DNA of 64,000 nt from an uncultured Candidatus Saccharibacteria bacterium (lineage in GTDB: Bacteria; Patescibacteriota; UBA1384; DTJR01): the NCBI GenBank assembly GCA_964487045.1, contig CAZAOT010000001.1, positions 215,863 through 279,862 of the forward strand. Direction: 5' to 3'. Each line of letters opens with the position of its first letter. Position 1 is the stretch's first letter. Positions 1 to 10,728 of this stretch are shown here, piece after piece. The notes under the pieces were generated by a model, which worked only from the letters and a program-made list of their open reading frames with translations, was not told the DNA's origin and ran no database searches. A program made the position numbers and the translations under genes.

Positions 1-1109
1 TGTTTGTCGGAGTTGGAGCTTCGCGTGTGAGAGATATGTTCACCAAGGCCAAGAGAAACGCTCCATGCGTAATATTCATCGATGAACTTGATGCTATTGG
101 CCGCCAAAGAGGCTCTGGACTGGGTGGTAGCCATGACGAGCGTGAGCAGACCCTCAACCAGATTCTGGTTGAAATGGATGGCTTTGAGACCGACACAAGA
201 GTGATCGTCCTAGCAGCCACCAACAGACCTGACGTACTTGATCCGGCACTACTTAGGCCAGGAAGATTTGATCGCCGAGTTGCGCTTAGTTTGCCTGACA
301 AAAATGACCGAGAAGAAATTATCAAAATCCACTCACTTAATAAGCCAATCGAGAAAAACGCTGACTATGGCCGAATTGCCTCAAACACCGTTGGTATGAG
401 CGGAGCTGACCTGAAAAATGTGATGAACGAAGCAGCGATTCTTGCAGCCAGAAAAGATCAAAAGACCGTTACTGAAAAAAATGTTTTCGAAGCAATCGAA
501 AAAGTTACACTCGGACCTGAACGAAAAAGTAAAATCATGAACGCCCACGAGAAAAAAATTGCCGCCTATCATGAGGCTGGTCATGCTGTGATCGGTCATG
601 CTATTAAAGACGATCAAGCCTTGCAGAAAGTATCCATCATCTCCCGTGGACAAGCCCTCGGATATACCTGGAGTATGCCGAAAGAAGATACTTATATGCG
701 ATCAAAAGATGAATTCTTAAATGATATCGCTGAGCTTCTTGCTGGACGGGTAGCGGAGAACATGATCTTTAGTCAGCAAACTACTGGAGCCTCAAACGAC
801 CTTGAGCGCGCCACGAAGATTGCCCGAGATATGGTTCAAGTTTATGGTATGAGCGAGATCATCGGACCGGTAGTTGTCGGCCAGAGAGACGAACTCGTTT
901 TCTTGGGACGAGAGTTGACTGAGCACAAAAACAGAAGCGAAAAGACCTCTGCTCTTATTGATAGCGAAATTGAGAAATTCGTCAGAGCTGGTGAAGATAG
1001 AGCTAAAAAAATCCTTACTAAAGATAAATCAAAACTTACCAAACTTGCAGAAGCATTACTCAAAAACGAAACATTAGATCGCGAAGAACTCGAGAAGATT
1101 TTAGCCTAG
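1..1109 (+). CDS. ftsH: ATP-dependent zinc metalloprotease FtsH, C-terminal portion (5' end outside the window)
   Basis: AAA second-region and M41 peptidase motifs are present ([29 protein letters not shown]; HEAGHA zinc site). The reading frame is open from position 3. Confidence 0.9.
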   Translation, partial: FVGVGASRVRDMFTKAKRNAPCVIFIDELDAIGRQRGSGLGGSHDEREQTLNQILVEMDGFETDTRVIVLAATNRPDVLDPALLRPGRFDRRVALSLPDKNDREEIIKIHSLNKPIEKNADYGRIASNTVGMSGADLKNVMNEAAILAARKDQKTVTEKNVFEAIEKVTLGPERKSKIMNAHEKKIAAYHEAGHAVIGHAIKDDQALQKVSIISRGQALGYTWSMPKEDTYMRSKDEFLNDIAELLAGRVAENMIFSQQTTGASNDLERATKIARDMVQVYGMSEIIGPVVVGQRDELVFLGRELTEHKNRSEKTSALIDSEIEKFVRAGEDRAKKILTKDKSKLTKLAEALLKNETLDREELEKILA

Positions 1110-1119
1110 AACTAGTTGT

Positions 1120-2766
1120 TTATAGATATTCTGACGTGAATGCTGGTGGGAGTGCATTGAGGCTTGCTACAGGCACCAATCCAGAAAGACTAGTTCTACT
1201 ATCAGGGATCCACTTGTCTTGTCCTGAGTAAGCGGCATAATATTTGTATTTGCCATTTACTACTGCACGCAAACTCCAAAAGGCTTGAGAGTCACCTGTC
1301 CCGCCATATTTAACCAGTGTGGCAACGTATCCACGAGATTTATTGTATGTCCTCCATGTATAGTGAGAGCTAATAGTTCCAAATCTGGCCAAATCTCGAG
1401 TTGGTGAGCTCCAAAAATTTGTAGATTCAACTTGTCTTTTTCTAACATATACTTGCCTCTCCTTTTCGGTTGCAGCAGCTTCTCTTTCGGCCCATCGTAT
1501 TTTCTCGTAATAAAGGGGATCTTGTCCAGCAGCTTCTGCGGCCACAATTCGTTTATATTCCAAAATTGCGTCTTTAATGTTATTGCAATTATCTAACTTA
1601 TTCTGTGCCTTGCCAAAAAGCTGATTTTTCAATGCAGACAATCTTCCCTTTATCTCTGTAAGTCTGTTGTCAGTAAGTTTATTTTTTTTGAGATATTTTT
1701 CTCTTTCTGCGATAAATTGACTTATGTCTTTCTTGCACTCCTTCAGTTCTGGACTTTCAGCGGTTACCTTGTCTATCATTTTTATCCATTCCTGACATTT
1801 CGCGATAGCTTTTTTGGGGTCTTTTGTGAATATTTCTTTATCTTTATATTCCTTATATTGACCCTCGATCGTACTATAAGGAAGTCTTATAGGGTCGTTA
1901 ATAGTTGCATAGTCGATCTCTCTGTAATCGTATAAAAATTTATTTACCCTTGCTCTACAGTTTGAAATAGTAGATGTAGATTTATCTTCATTATCAGTCT
2001 TTAATCCCGTTGGCAAAGTCACTTGATTAGGATTTTCAGCCAAAGATGCTCCGGCGGTCTGCCCAGTTCCATCATTCCCGGTCGTCGCGACTGTTCCCGT
2101 TGCTGCATCTGTTTTGCCCTGTTCGACAGCCTGTTGTACCGTATCGTTTGGTTTAGTGACTGGGATAGCATCACCTTTTGAGCTGACAATCTCGCCATAA
2201 TCCTCACTATTTGGTCCCTGACAATCCGGTTTAGACTGGGATTGAATCACCGTTCTTTGTAAGTCTTGCGCTAGGAAATCTTTTCTACCTGCGTTTGTTT
2301 CTTTGTTCCATTCAACCCATTTTTGCATAAAGGCTTCGCCATTTGCTACAAATACGATCGGCTTTCCGTTGATACTTCCGCCATTTAAATAGTCGACAAC
2401 TTTTGCTCTATTTTCAGTTTCCTTACCAGCAGCCGTGCTTATTTCAGGAACGCAAATTTGAGAACATCTAAAATTTTTACCACCAAGAGGTTTTAGGACT
2501 TCTCCGGTTTTGTACGCCGAATTTCCGGTAACGTACTTGTTGATGTTGTCTGGTCCAGGATAATTATTGATTGCGATAGCAGCTGAACCTTCCACGCATT
2601 TTCCCTGAACTGGGCGAGTGGTGACAGTCGAGGCATCTACCGGATAGTAATATTTAAAAATAAATAAAGAAGAGATTGAGATAGCAAAAAAGAGTGCCAA
2701 GGTACCAGCAATCGACCACAAAACCGCAATTAACTCACGAGGTGCCTCGTGGTGTGAGTGACTCAT
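1120..2766 (-). CDS. hypothetical membrane-anchored protein with an N-terminal TM helix and a coiled-coil-rich C-terminal half
   Basis: 548-aa ORF in AT-rich backbone composition. A hydrophobic segment lies near the N-terminus. No family was recognised. Confidence 0.5.
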   Translation of the reverse strand: MSHSHHEAPRELIAVLWSIAGTLALFFAISISSLFIFKYYYPVDASTVTTRPVQGKCVEGSAAIAINNYPGPDNINKYVTGNSAYKTGEVLKPLGGKNFRCSQICVPEISTAAGKETENRAKVVDYLNGGSINGKPIVFVANGEAFMQKWVEWNKETNAGRKDFLAQDLQRTVIQSQSKPDCQGPNSEDYGEIVSSKGDAIPVTKPNDTVQQAVEQGKTDAATGTVATTGNDGTGQTAGASLAENPNQVTLPTGLKTDNEDKSTSTISNCRARVNKFLYDYREIDYATINDPIRLPYSTIEGQYKEYKDKEIFTKDPKKAIAKCQEWIKMIDKVTAESPELKECKKDISQFIAEREKYLKKNKLTDNRLTEIKGRLSALKNQLFGKAQNKLDNCNNIKDAILEYKRIVAAEAAGQDPLYYEKIRWAEREAAATEKERQVYVRKRQVESTNFWSSPTRDLARFGTISSHYTWRTYNKSRGYVATLVKYGGTGDSQAFWSLRAVVNGKYKYYAAYSGQDKWIPDSRTSLSGLVPVASLNALPPAFTSEYL

Positions 2767-3018
2767 ATCCCTCCTTATTAATTATATTTTAGGGAAGTGG
2801 TAGCTAAATTGCAACCCGCTCCCGTTTTTAAAATATATTAGAAAAACGGGAAGTCCCGCATCAATTCCTGAAGGCGAACGAGGATGCTTTGCGAAGGTGG
2901 AATTCGCAAATATCAAAATTGTAGATATTACCAATCCTATGTGTTGCATTCAAGAATTTGGTGCTGGGATGTATCATGCTCGTTGCAAGCATTCTCGCTC
3001 GCTGATAAGCTAATAGTC

Positions 3019-4872
3019 ATGGATATTTTAGAAGGCTTAAATCCGGCACAGAAAGAAGCCGTTACGGTGACAGAGGGCCCCGTTTTGATATTGGCTGGAG
3101 CTGGTTCAGGAAAAACTAGAGCGCTTACTCATAGGATCGCCTACTTAATAGGGGAGAAGAGTGTTAGCGTTCAAAATATTTTGGCCGTGACTTTCACCAA
3201 TAAAGCTGCCGGTGTGATGGGCGAAAGAGTATCTAAATTGCTTAAGACAGAAGCTAAATTGCCCTGGCTCGGTACTTTTCACTCTATTTGTGTCAAAATC
3301 CTACGCCGCGAGGTTCACCAGCTCGGCTATTCCAGTAAATTCTCAATATACGATCAGGACGATTCTCTGAGGCTTATCAAACAAACGATGAAATCGCAGG
3401 GTATAGACGAGAAGAAATTTAATCCTCGCGCAATTCAATCTTATATTTCAGGAGCAAAAGGGGAGTTGATCGATGCCAAGGCATATCAAAGTTTTGCTTT
3501 TGACGTATTTCAGGAAAATGTAGCTAAAGTTTATAAAATTTATGAAAGAAAACTTAAAGAGCAGGATGCGCTTGATTTTGATGATTTGATAGGGAAGGCA
3601 GTCGAGCTGTTTCAAAAATTTCCGGAAGTATTAAATAATTATCAAAGTCGTTTTAGATATATCTTGGTCGATGAGTACCAGGACACAAATCATTCTCAAT
3701 ATATTCTGCTTAAATTAATCGCCGAAAAACATCAAAACATCTTCGCGATAGGGGACGACTGGCAGTCGATCTATTCTTTCAGAGGAGCAAAATTTCAGAA
3801 TATTCTTGACTTTAAGAAAGACTATCCAAAGGCAAAAGTGATTTATTTGGAGGAGAATTACAGATCTAAAGCGCCGATTTTGGATGCGGCGCAAGCAATT
3901 ATCAAAAACAATGAACTCAGGTCTGACAAGAGCATCTTTACCAAGAGGGTAGGGGGGTCACCGGTGATGGTCATCGGCTCGCCGACTAAAAACGAAGAAG
4001 TAGAATTTATTCTTGACGAGATCCTATCGCTCAAGATAGGGGAGGGGCGAGAGCTAAATGACTTTGTAATTTTATATCGAATTAACGCCCAATCGCGAGC
4101 TTTTGAGGAATCGATGATGCGCCGCGGACTTCCCTACCGGATCATCGGGGGAGTCAGGTTCTATGAAAGACGCGAAATTAAAGATATTTTGGCGTATTTG
4201 CGTTTCGCCCGCAATCGCCTTGACACCATTTCCCTCTCCAGAATCATAAATGTACCCGCCCGAGGGATCGGCGAGAAAACCGAAAATCAAATTTTGGCTG
4301 ATCTAGATCAAGCTTTAAATTTTCCAAAATTCGCTAAGTTCATGGAGATTATCGAAAAAATTTCTGCTCAAATTGACAAAAACCTCAAGCCAGATGTTTT
4401 GATTGATCATGCACTTACCTTCTCTGGCTACAAGGACTTTCTAAATGACGGAACTATCGAATCTCAAGGCCGACTGGAAAACCTAGAGGAACTCAAAAAT
4501 GCCGCCGCCAGTTTCGAGACACTTGAGGAATTTTTAGAATCAGTCGCTTTAGTATCTGACACGGATAAATTTCAAGAAGATCGTGATTACCTAACTTTGA
4601 TGACCGTACACGCAGCCAAGGGTTTAGAATTTCCAGTTGTTTTTATTTCAGGTTTGGAAGAGGGTGTCTTCCCACATTCACAGAGCCAATTCGATCCTAA
4701 CGAACTTGAAGAAGAACGCAGACTATTATATGTTGGTATGACAAGGGCGATGGAGAGGTTGTATTTAACCTACGCTAGAAGCAAGTATCTCTATGGCCAA
4801 CTGCAATTAGCAACAGAGTCTAGATTTATAAAGGAGTTGCCTGATGACCAAGTCGAAATTATTGATGTGTAG
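3019..4872 (+). CDS. pcrA: ATP-dependent DNA helicase, UvrD/PcrA family
   Basis: Walker A GAGSGKT is followed by UvrD-type motifs. The start was taken at the ATG for MDILEGLNPAQKEAVT; the longer ORF begins at 2884. Confidence 0.85.
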   Translation: MDILEGLNPAQKEAVTVTEGPVLILAGAGSGKTRALTHRIAYLIGEKSVSVQNILAVTFTNKAAGVMGERVSKLLKTEAKLPWLGTFHSICVKILRREVHQLGYSSKFSIYDQDDSLRLIKQTMKSQGIDEKKFNPRAIQSYISGAKGELIDAKAYQSFAFDVFQENVAKVYKIYERKLKEQDALDFDDLIGKAVELFQKFPEVLNNYQSRFRYILVDEYQDTNHSQYILLKLIAEKHQNIFAIGDDWQSIYSFRGAKFQNILDFKKDYPKAKVIYLEENYRSKAPILDAAQAIIKNNELRSDKSIFTKRVGGSPVMVIGSPTKNEEVEFILDEILSLKIGEGRELNDFVILYRINAQSRAFEESMMRRGLPYRIIGGVRFYERREIKDILAYLRFARNRLDTISLSRIINVPARGIGEKTENQILADLDQALNFPKFAKFMEIIEKISAQIDKNLKPDVLIDHALTFSGYKDFLNDGTIESQGRLENLEELKNAAASFETLEEFLESVALVSDTDKFQEDRDYLTLMTVHAAKGLEFPVVFISGLEEGVFPHSQSQFDPNELEEERRLLYVGMTRAMERLYLTYARSKYLYGQLQLATESRFIKELPDDQVEIIDV

Positions 4873-5788
4873 CGCTATTCTATCGCTTGTTTTTATAGCT
4901 ACCCCAGCGCTTGCTTACGACGAATCTTATTTCAAAGGCAAAGCTATTGAAAAAGCTGGTTTTCAGGAAGATGAGCTAGTGGTTGAACCCGAGTTGGTTT
5001 ATTCTTTGCCGGGTAGCCGAGAGCTAGCCGGGGGGAGTGAAGCGGATAGGGTCATTACAATTATTGATCCTAAATTCTCCATCACCGGGATCACCGCTGT
5101 CTTCAAGGCGCCAATTTATACTATTGTTGACCAAACTAAGACCTATCAGCTCCCTTCTTTTAAGCGAAGAGTAGGGGACATTTTAGCCGCTGGGGGAGTC
5201 GATATTGCAAAAGAAGATATGGTAAATCCGAATCTTTCCTCTTCCGCCCCCCTGCCAGAAAATAATAATTTAATTAAAATCACCCGTGTTTCGGTCGCTG
5301 AAATTGAAAAATTTGAATCACTCCCCTATCAGACAAAAAGAATTGACGATCCAACCTTGGAACGCGGTAAGGAAAAAGTCGAACAAGAAGGGAAAATTGG
5401 AAAAAAGCGACTCCTCTACTCTGTTAGGCGTGAGAATGGTGTCGAAGTTTCAAGGGTTCTCTCTAAAGATGAAATTGTTGAAAAACCAAAGGATAAAATC
5501 ATCAAAGTGGGAACTAAGATAGTAGTGCTTAGTTCCAAAAGAGGCATCGCAACCGCTACCAACCGAAATAACGCAGTTGTCTCGGCTAATTATAAAAAGG
5601 GCACTCTGATCAGAATCACCAACCTCCAGAACAACACTACTATTATAAAAACGGTCAATTACACTTGGGGTACTGCTACTGCGCCCGATGGGATTGTGCT
5701 AGACCTGTCCTGGAGTATTTTGGACGAGCTTAAATATGACGGCAAGGGCAAAGGACCTAGCGTCTTAGTTGAGGAGATTAAGCCATGA
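4844..5788 (+). CDS. secreted YabE/RpfB-like protein with a G5 domain and a C-terminal 3D (RlpA-like DPBB) domain
   Basis: Signal peptide MTKSKLLMCSAILSLVFIATPALA. A G5-like block is followed by a 3D-like C-terminus (GTLIRITNLQNN...DGIVLDLSW). AAGGAG sits 6 nt upstream of the ATG. Confidence 0.6.
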   Translation: MTKSKLLMCSAILSLVFIATPALAYDESYFKGKAIEKAGFQEDELVVEPELVYSLPGSRELAGGSEADRVITIIDPKFSITGITAVFKAPIYTIVDQTKTYQLPSFKRRVGDILAAGGVDIAKEDMVNPNLSSSAPLPENNNLIKITRVSVAEIEKFESLPYQTKRIDDPTLERGKEKVEQEGKIGKKRLLYSVRRENGVEVSRVLSKDEIVEKPKDKIIKVGTKIVVLSSKRGIATATNRNNAVVSANYKKGTLIRITNLQNNTTIIKTVNYTWGTATAPDGIVLDLSWSILDELKYDGKGKGPSVLVEEIKP

Positions 5789-6609
5789 GTGATAAATCCA
5801 TCTATCTAGAGAAATACAAGCAGTTTCATTTTGATAAATCTCTTGGTCAGCATTTTTTGACTAATGACGCGGTTGTCGAAAATATGGTTAAACACGCCAA
5901 GATCGAACGCGAAGATGCGATATTAGAAATTGGCCCCGGTCTTGGAATTCTTTCGCATGCCTTAGTCGCCTCGCCTGCTCGCGAAGTTATTCTTTGCGAA
6001 AAAGATGATTTGTTTGCCGCGATTTTAAAAAAGGAAATCACTAATAACAGGGTAAAAGTTATCACCGAAGACGCCCTCGTGCTAGTCCCCACCCTCCAAG
6101 TAAAACCGCCTTTTAAAGTAGTCTCAAATCTTCCATATAATATCTCATCACCGATTATTACTTCACTTTTGACGATGTCTCCTACTCTTCCGACAAAAAT
6201 TATCGTTATGCTTCAGAAGGAAGTCGCCGAGAGGCTGGTCACTCCGGCGGGAAATTCTGACCGAGGGATCATCACGGTTTTGATCGAATCTTTTGGTAAG
6301 GCTTCTATCATAGATCAGGTTCCTAAAGAAGATTTCTACCCCAGCCCGAAAGTGGATTCAGCGGTTTTGATGATTGAAGACATTAAGCCTTCTCAAATCG
6401 ATCCTAAGAAATTACTCAAGATTTTAAAAATGTCTTTTGCTGGTAAGCGCAAAAAGATCAAAAACTCATTGTTTTCAACTCTAAAGATTCCAGCTGATCA
6501 AGCGCTTGAGATTGCCAAGAATTCAGGTTTTTCGCTTGATGATCGTCCCGAGGATCTCACAATCGACGCGTGGACTAAATTGTTTAAAGCTCTCGAAGCA
6601 TTTAAATAA
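5785..6609 (+). CDS. rsmA: 16S rRNA (adenine1518/1519-N6)-dimethyltransferase
   Basis: N-terminal motif LGQHFLTN...ILEIGPGLG. ATGA overlap with the upstream gene. Confidence 0.85.
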   Translation: MSDKSIYLEKYKQFHFDKSLGQHFLTNDAVVENMVKHAKIEREDAILEIGPGLGILSHALVASPAREVILCEKDDLFAAILKKEITNNRVKVITEDALVLVPTLQVKPPFKVVSNLPYNISSPIITSLLTMSPTLPTKIIVMLQKEVAERLVTPAGNSDRGIITVLIESFGKASIIDQVPKEDFYPSPKVDSAVLMIEDIKPSQIDPKKLLKILKMSFAGKRKKIKNSLFSTLKIPADQALEIAKNSGFSLDDRPEDLTIDAWTKLFKALEAFK

Positions 6610-6659
6610 AAAAGTCGCTTATCTAGCGACACCATAATTAGAAATTAAAAATTACCGGC

Positions 6660-7187
6660 TTATGAAGTAAGGCGGTCTAGCAGCCATCCCATTCCCACTC
6701 CGATAAGGGCTGTTTTCCAAAAATCTCCAGATTTATCAGTTTCAACCGAGAGGTTGTAATTATCTCCACCGAAAGCGATATAGTTTCGTCCTAGCGCGGG
6801 GTATTGAAGGTAGTTATTATTGCTACCATAATTATTATAATTTCCGAGCATCGGGTTATAACCCTGACATTTCGATTGAGGAAGCAGGGAATTTATAAGC
6901 AAACACATAATTAGCCACTCTCCAGTGCCCATATTGGCCAGTTGCGAGTTATATGAATATTGATTGCCATAACCTGATATTAAGCCATTCGTTGCGTTCC
7001 AAATATTTCCATTCTCAGAGCACGTATTTAAATTATCCCCCGGCGACGCCCAGGTACCATCAGGCATCTGCTGCCAATATTCGCCTTGAATTTGTTTACA
7101 AGTTCCTACTGGATAAGAAGTAATGGAAGCGGCAAATGATACGCTTGGTAGCAAAACTATAAAAAGTCCGATCAAAAACTTCTTCAT
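6660..7187 (-). CDS. small secreted Asn/Tyr/Gly-rich hypothetical protein
   Basis: Signal peptide MKKFLIGLFIVLLPSVSFAAS. Backbone composition. Confidence 0.5.
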   Translation of the reverse strand: MKKFLIGLFIVLLPSVSFAASITSYPVGTCKQIQGEYWQQMPDGTWASPGDNLNTCSENGNIWNATNGLISGYGNQYSYNSQLANMGTGEWLIMCLLINSLLPQSKCQGYNPMLGNYNNYGSNNNYLQYPALGRNYIAFGGDNYNLSVETDKSGDFWKTALIGVGMGWLLDRLTS

Positions 7188-7326
7188 TAGCTAAATTTTA
7201 CATCTTTACGCAGGGGTCCGCAACTATTTACATATAAATTGAGAATATTATAATGGCACTTAACCGCAAGGATCAGCGGCATATAAGATTGGTCCAATGT
7301 CTGGCCGCAAGGCCAAAAGCAGGTGA

Positions 7327-8118
7327 ATGATGGAAAAGCTGTTTTACGGTCAGCCGGAGGTGGTTGCTGCAACTAGCCCCGTCGACGTTTTTGAAGTAGG
7401 TAATGGGTGGGGTCTCGCCAGGCAACAGCTGTATAACGACCCTTGTGCATTGGCGGTTGCCAGAGTCGAAAACTGCGCTTTTCTGGTCCGTTTCGAAAAT
7501 GGCCCAGAAATTGACTGGCAGGCAGGAGAGGGCTGGGGATGGTGTTTTCACGACGGCGGCTTCGTGCATACCGATATGCCAGAAGGCGGTAGATATATCT
7601 ACCCGGCCGTCGATCCTCTAGTGTTGTTCGCAGTCAGAGACGGCTGGGACTGGGAACAATTCCAGTATGCTCGCATGCTGCAGATCATCTGCGGCATCAG
7701 CGGTATGTACGAGCATGGGCAGAGCGTGTTCGAAGAACTCTACCCGAAGCTAAAGTTCCGCAAGAGTCTCGGTAACTACCAGGATCTCAGTAACGCGCTG
7801 GTTGCTGCCACTGCAGGACGTATGGCTCATCGGAGGGTCACAGTCCTAGGAGATTTCTGTAAGACGCAGCTCCAATGCGCAGGCAAGGGTGACAAGCGTC
7901 CCCTTGAGGCTCTGGTTACTACCCAGGGGCCAGTCGGTTATGTTGCTAATAGGCTCAAGGATGCCATCTATGCCATGATGGATGTCTGTAACAGCCTTGT
8001 CGGTGATTCAGTGGATCTTCAAGGCAGAAAGCTACTGCCTCGCAGTGAAGAACCGACGAGCGCCCTGGATTTCACGAAAGTCGACGAGGAATTACAGCGT
8101 ACGATCAACCTATTGTAG
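7327..8118 (+). CDS. GC-rich cassette A: hypothetical protein of 263 aa
   Basis: The open frame is visibly GC-rich against the AT-rich flanks. A TATAAT lies upstream and a hairpin (ggttgcc...ggcaacc) downstream at 8138-8160. Confidence 0.5.
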   Translation: MMEKLFYGQPEVVAATSPVDVFEVGNGWGLARQQLYNDPCALAVARVENCAFLVRFENGPEIDWQAGEGWGWCFHDGGFVHTDMPEGGRYIYPAVDPLVLFAVRDGWDWEQFQYARMLQIICGISGMYEHGQSVFEELYPKLKFRKSLGNYQDLSNALVAATAGRMAHRRVTVLGDFCKTQLQCAGKGDKRPLEALVTTQGPVGYVANRLKDAIYAMMDVCNSLVGDSVDLQGRKLLPRSEEPTSALDFTKVDEELQRTINLL

Positions 8119-8172
8119 TTCTGTTTGTAGAGTTGCCCACGGGTTGCCTGATTCTTAGGCAACCCTTCTTCT

Positions 8173-9129
8173 CTATAGCCAAGTAGTGATACGTTTGATC
8201 GCATCAGAGGAACTTTTTATCAAAATCAAATCTTGTTGTTTGCGAAGCCAAGTCAGCTGTCGGCGAGCATAGCCGTGAGTTTTCCATTTAAGCTCCTGAG
8301 CCATTTCTTTGAATTCTTTGGAATTTAAGACTTGAGATTTATGATTTGATTGGAACTTGGAAATTGGAACTTGGAAATTTTGCGTTAAATAATCGCTAAT
8401 TATTCTATATTCGAGACCTAGGGATTCGAGCCACTGGTGTGATACTCCACTGCTGAGCAATCCTACTACTTCCTCTAGCATCCTCTGCTTAGCGAATCGA
8501 ACATCAACTCTCTTATCAATTCTGCTATAAAGTTCTTCTCTGGGTAGGTCGATCGCTAATATTAAGCTTTCAAAATTAGGCTTTTGCTTGGTTGTACTAA
8601 TTCCCTCTTGAGTTTTTTCGATCGCTCGAATCAGCCTGCGAGGGTTTTGTATATCCAATTTTTCTGAATCTATTTTTAATTTTTTTATTAACTTTTGGAG
8701 CTTCTCTAGGGTCATCTTGTTAAGTATGTCTCTAGAATAATGTTGCGAAGCGACTCCTGAGCTCTTAGTTCTTAGTTTTGAGCTATCAGATATGCGAAAT
8801 CCTTCAGCCAGCGCTTTTGCATATAATCCTGTCCCCCCGACTACTATTGGCAATTTGCCGGCGCTAAATATTTCTTCAATTTTTGTTTTAGCTTGTTCTA
8901 GCCAATCAAAAAGTGTGAATTTTTCTTCTGGAATGCAAATATCGATCAGGTGATATTTAACGCCATCATATTCACTAAGGTCCTTGCCAGAACCGATATC
9001 AAGGCCCTTATATACTTGGCGCGAATCAGCTGAAATAATCTCGCCATCAAATTTTTTGGCGAGTTTTACGGCTAAGGATGTTTTGCCTGATCCAGTTGGT
9101 CCTAAAATAAAAACCACTTTTCTTTTCAT
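8173..9129 (-). CDS. miaA: tRNA dimethylallyltransferase
   Basis: MKRKVVFILGPTGSGKTSLAVKLA P-loop. The alternative upstream start at 9165 would leave only 21 bp to the divergent comM. A tandem 15-bp repeat lies in the 3' coding region. Confidence 0.8.
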   Translation of the reverse strand: MKRKVVFILGPTGSGKTSLAVKLAKKFDGEIISADSRQVYKGLDIGSGKDLSEYDGVKYHLIDICIPEEKFTLFDWLEQAKTKIEEIFSAGKLPIVVGGTGLYAKALAEGFRISDSSKLRTKSSGVASQHYSRDILNKMTLEKLQKLIKKLKIDSEKLDIQNPRRLIRAIEKTQEGISTTKQKPNFESLILAIDLPREELYSRIDKRVDVRFAKQRMLEEVVGLLSSGVSHQWLESLGLEYRIISDYLTQNFQVPISKFQSNHKSQVLNSKEFKEMAQELKWKTHGYARRQLTWLRKQQDLILIKSSSDAIKRITTWL

Positions 9130-9186
9130 CTCGAGAAGTTTATCAAAAATATTGTTTTCTATCAACCGGGCGATATAATCAAATCA

Positions 9187-10728
9187 ATGAGCAAGCTCTC
9201 AAAAGTCTATTCAATTTTTACTCATTCACTTGATGCTAATTTGGTTGAGGTTGAAGTTGATGTTGGTGCCGGTATTCCTTCTCTTATAATTGTCGGTCTG
9301 CCCGACAAGTCAGTAGAGGAGGCCAAAGAGCGGGTTAAGTTAGCTATAAGAAATTCAGGATTAGATTTTCCAGATAAAAAAATAATTGTAAATTTAGCTC
9401 CGGCTGACCAGAAAAAGGAAGGACCTCTTTATGACCTGCCAATTGCGATCGGAATTCTAGCTGCCACTGGTATGATTGATGGCGAGAAGTTAAAGAAGAC
9501 AATTTTACTTGGCGAACTTTCTCTCTCTGGTGAAATCAAACCTGTTAGAGCAGTTATCCAAGCGGCAGAACTTGCAAAAAATAAAAATTATAATTTAATA
9601 ATCCCTTCACAAAATTTGATGGAGGCGGGCTTGATCGAAGGGGTCAATGTTTATGCCCCGGAAAATCTGCAAGAACTATTTAAATCCTTAGAAACGAAAA
9701 AGGAAATTTTTTCGAAAACCAAAAAGCCGAAGATTCCATATCTAGACGATTTTGGTGAATATGATTTTTCAAATATAGTTGGGCAGTTTATGGCTAAGCG
9801 TGCATTAGAAATTGCTGCCGCCGGAGCTCATAACATTTTATTTTTCGGCTCTCCCGGCGGCGGAAAAACCTTATTGTCTAAAAGTATCGTTTCGATCCTG
9901 CCGGAGTTGAACGAACAGGAGATGCTGGAAGTTACGAAAATTTATTCGGTTGCTGGGATGCTTTCGAGCGATAAGCCAATTATTAATTGCCGACCATTTT
10001 TATCTCCTCATCACACAACCTCACCGGTCGCGATTATCGGCGGAGGGACCAATCCAAAGCCCGGATCCGTTTCGCTTGCACATAAAGGAGTTCTTTTTCT
10101 TGATGAGTTTCCAGAGTTTCCTCGTTCTGTTCTCGAAGCTCTGCGCCAGCCGCTTGAAGACAGGGTTGTGACGATATCAAGAGCCCAAGGCTCGATCACT
10201 TATCCGGCTGATTTTATGCTCGTTGCCTCCGAGAATCCTTGCCCTTGTGGTTATTATGGTGATCCCAAGCGAGAATGCACTTGCTCGACAACACAGATTA
10301 TTGCCTATCACAAGAAAATTTCTGGTCCGATGCTCGATAGAATTGACCTTCACCTAGAAGTCGAAAAAATTCCGCTTAAAACTATCAAATCAAAATCCAA
10401 AGAAGAGCCTTCGTCGGAGGTTCGCCGGAGGGTCAGCAGTGCCAGAAATATCGCTCTTTCGCGAGCGCAGAAATTACTAAATAAACCCAAATTAAATAGC
10501 GCTCTTAGTCGCCAGGATTTGCTCAAAGTTGCTCCGCTTGATAGTGCTTGTGAAAAATTACTTGAGGACGCATGTGATAAACTAGACCTATCGATGAGGC
10601 AATTTTTGAAACTGCAAAAAATCGCGAGAACAATTGCTGATCTGGAAGGCGCGACCAATATTAGCATTTCACATTTATCGGAAGCCCTTCAATATAGATC
10701 AAAGAAAGGAGAGCGCGGTGGAATTTAA
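9187..10728 (+). CDS. comM: Mg-chelatase-like AAA ATPase, ComM/YifB family
   Basis: N-terminal Lon-like domain, an AAA core (FGSPGGGKT), and a C-terminal ChlI-like domain. Confidence 0.85.
   Translation: MSKLSKVYSIFTHSLDANLVEVEVDVGAGIPSLIIVGLPDKSVEEAKERVKLAIRNSGLDFPDKKIIVNLAPADQKKEGPLYDLPIAIGILAATGMIDGEKLKKTILLGELSLSGEIKPVRAVIQAAELAKNKNYNLIIPSQNLMEAGLIEGVNVYAPENLQELFKSLETKKEIFSKTKKPKIPYLDDFGEYDFSNIVGQFMAKRALEIAAAGAHNILFFGSPGGGKTLLSKSIVSILPELNEQEMLEVTKIYSVAGMLSSDKPIINCRPFLSPHHTTSPVAIIGGGTNPKPGSVSLAHKGVLFLDEFPEFPRSVLEALRQPLEDRVVTISRAQGSITYPADFMLVASENPCPCGYYGDPKRECTCSTTQIIAYHKKISGPMLDRIDLHLEVEKIPLKTIKSKSKEEPSSEVRRRVSSARNIALSRAQKLLNKPKLNSALSRQDLLKVAPLDSACEKLLEDACDKLDLSMRQFLKLQKIARTIADLEGATNISISHLSEALQYRSKKGERGGI

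Noticed and set aside
381-1063. Minus-strand ORFs (381-653, 842-1063) inside ftsH
   Set aside because: They are antisense shadow frames within a well-supported conserved gene.
2767-2883. Hairpin cccgttttt-N12-aaaaacggg between the 548-aa gene and pcrA
   Set aside because: It is probably an ordinary bidirectional terminator or intergenic hairpin. It is unrelated to the CCCGTTAGAGA TIR family despite starting with cccgtt.
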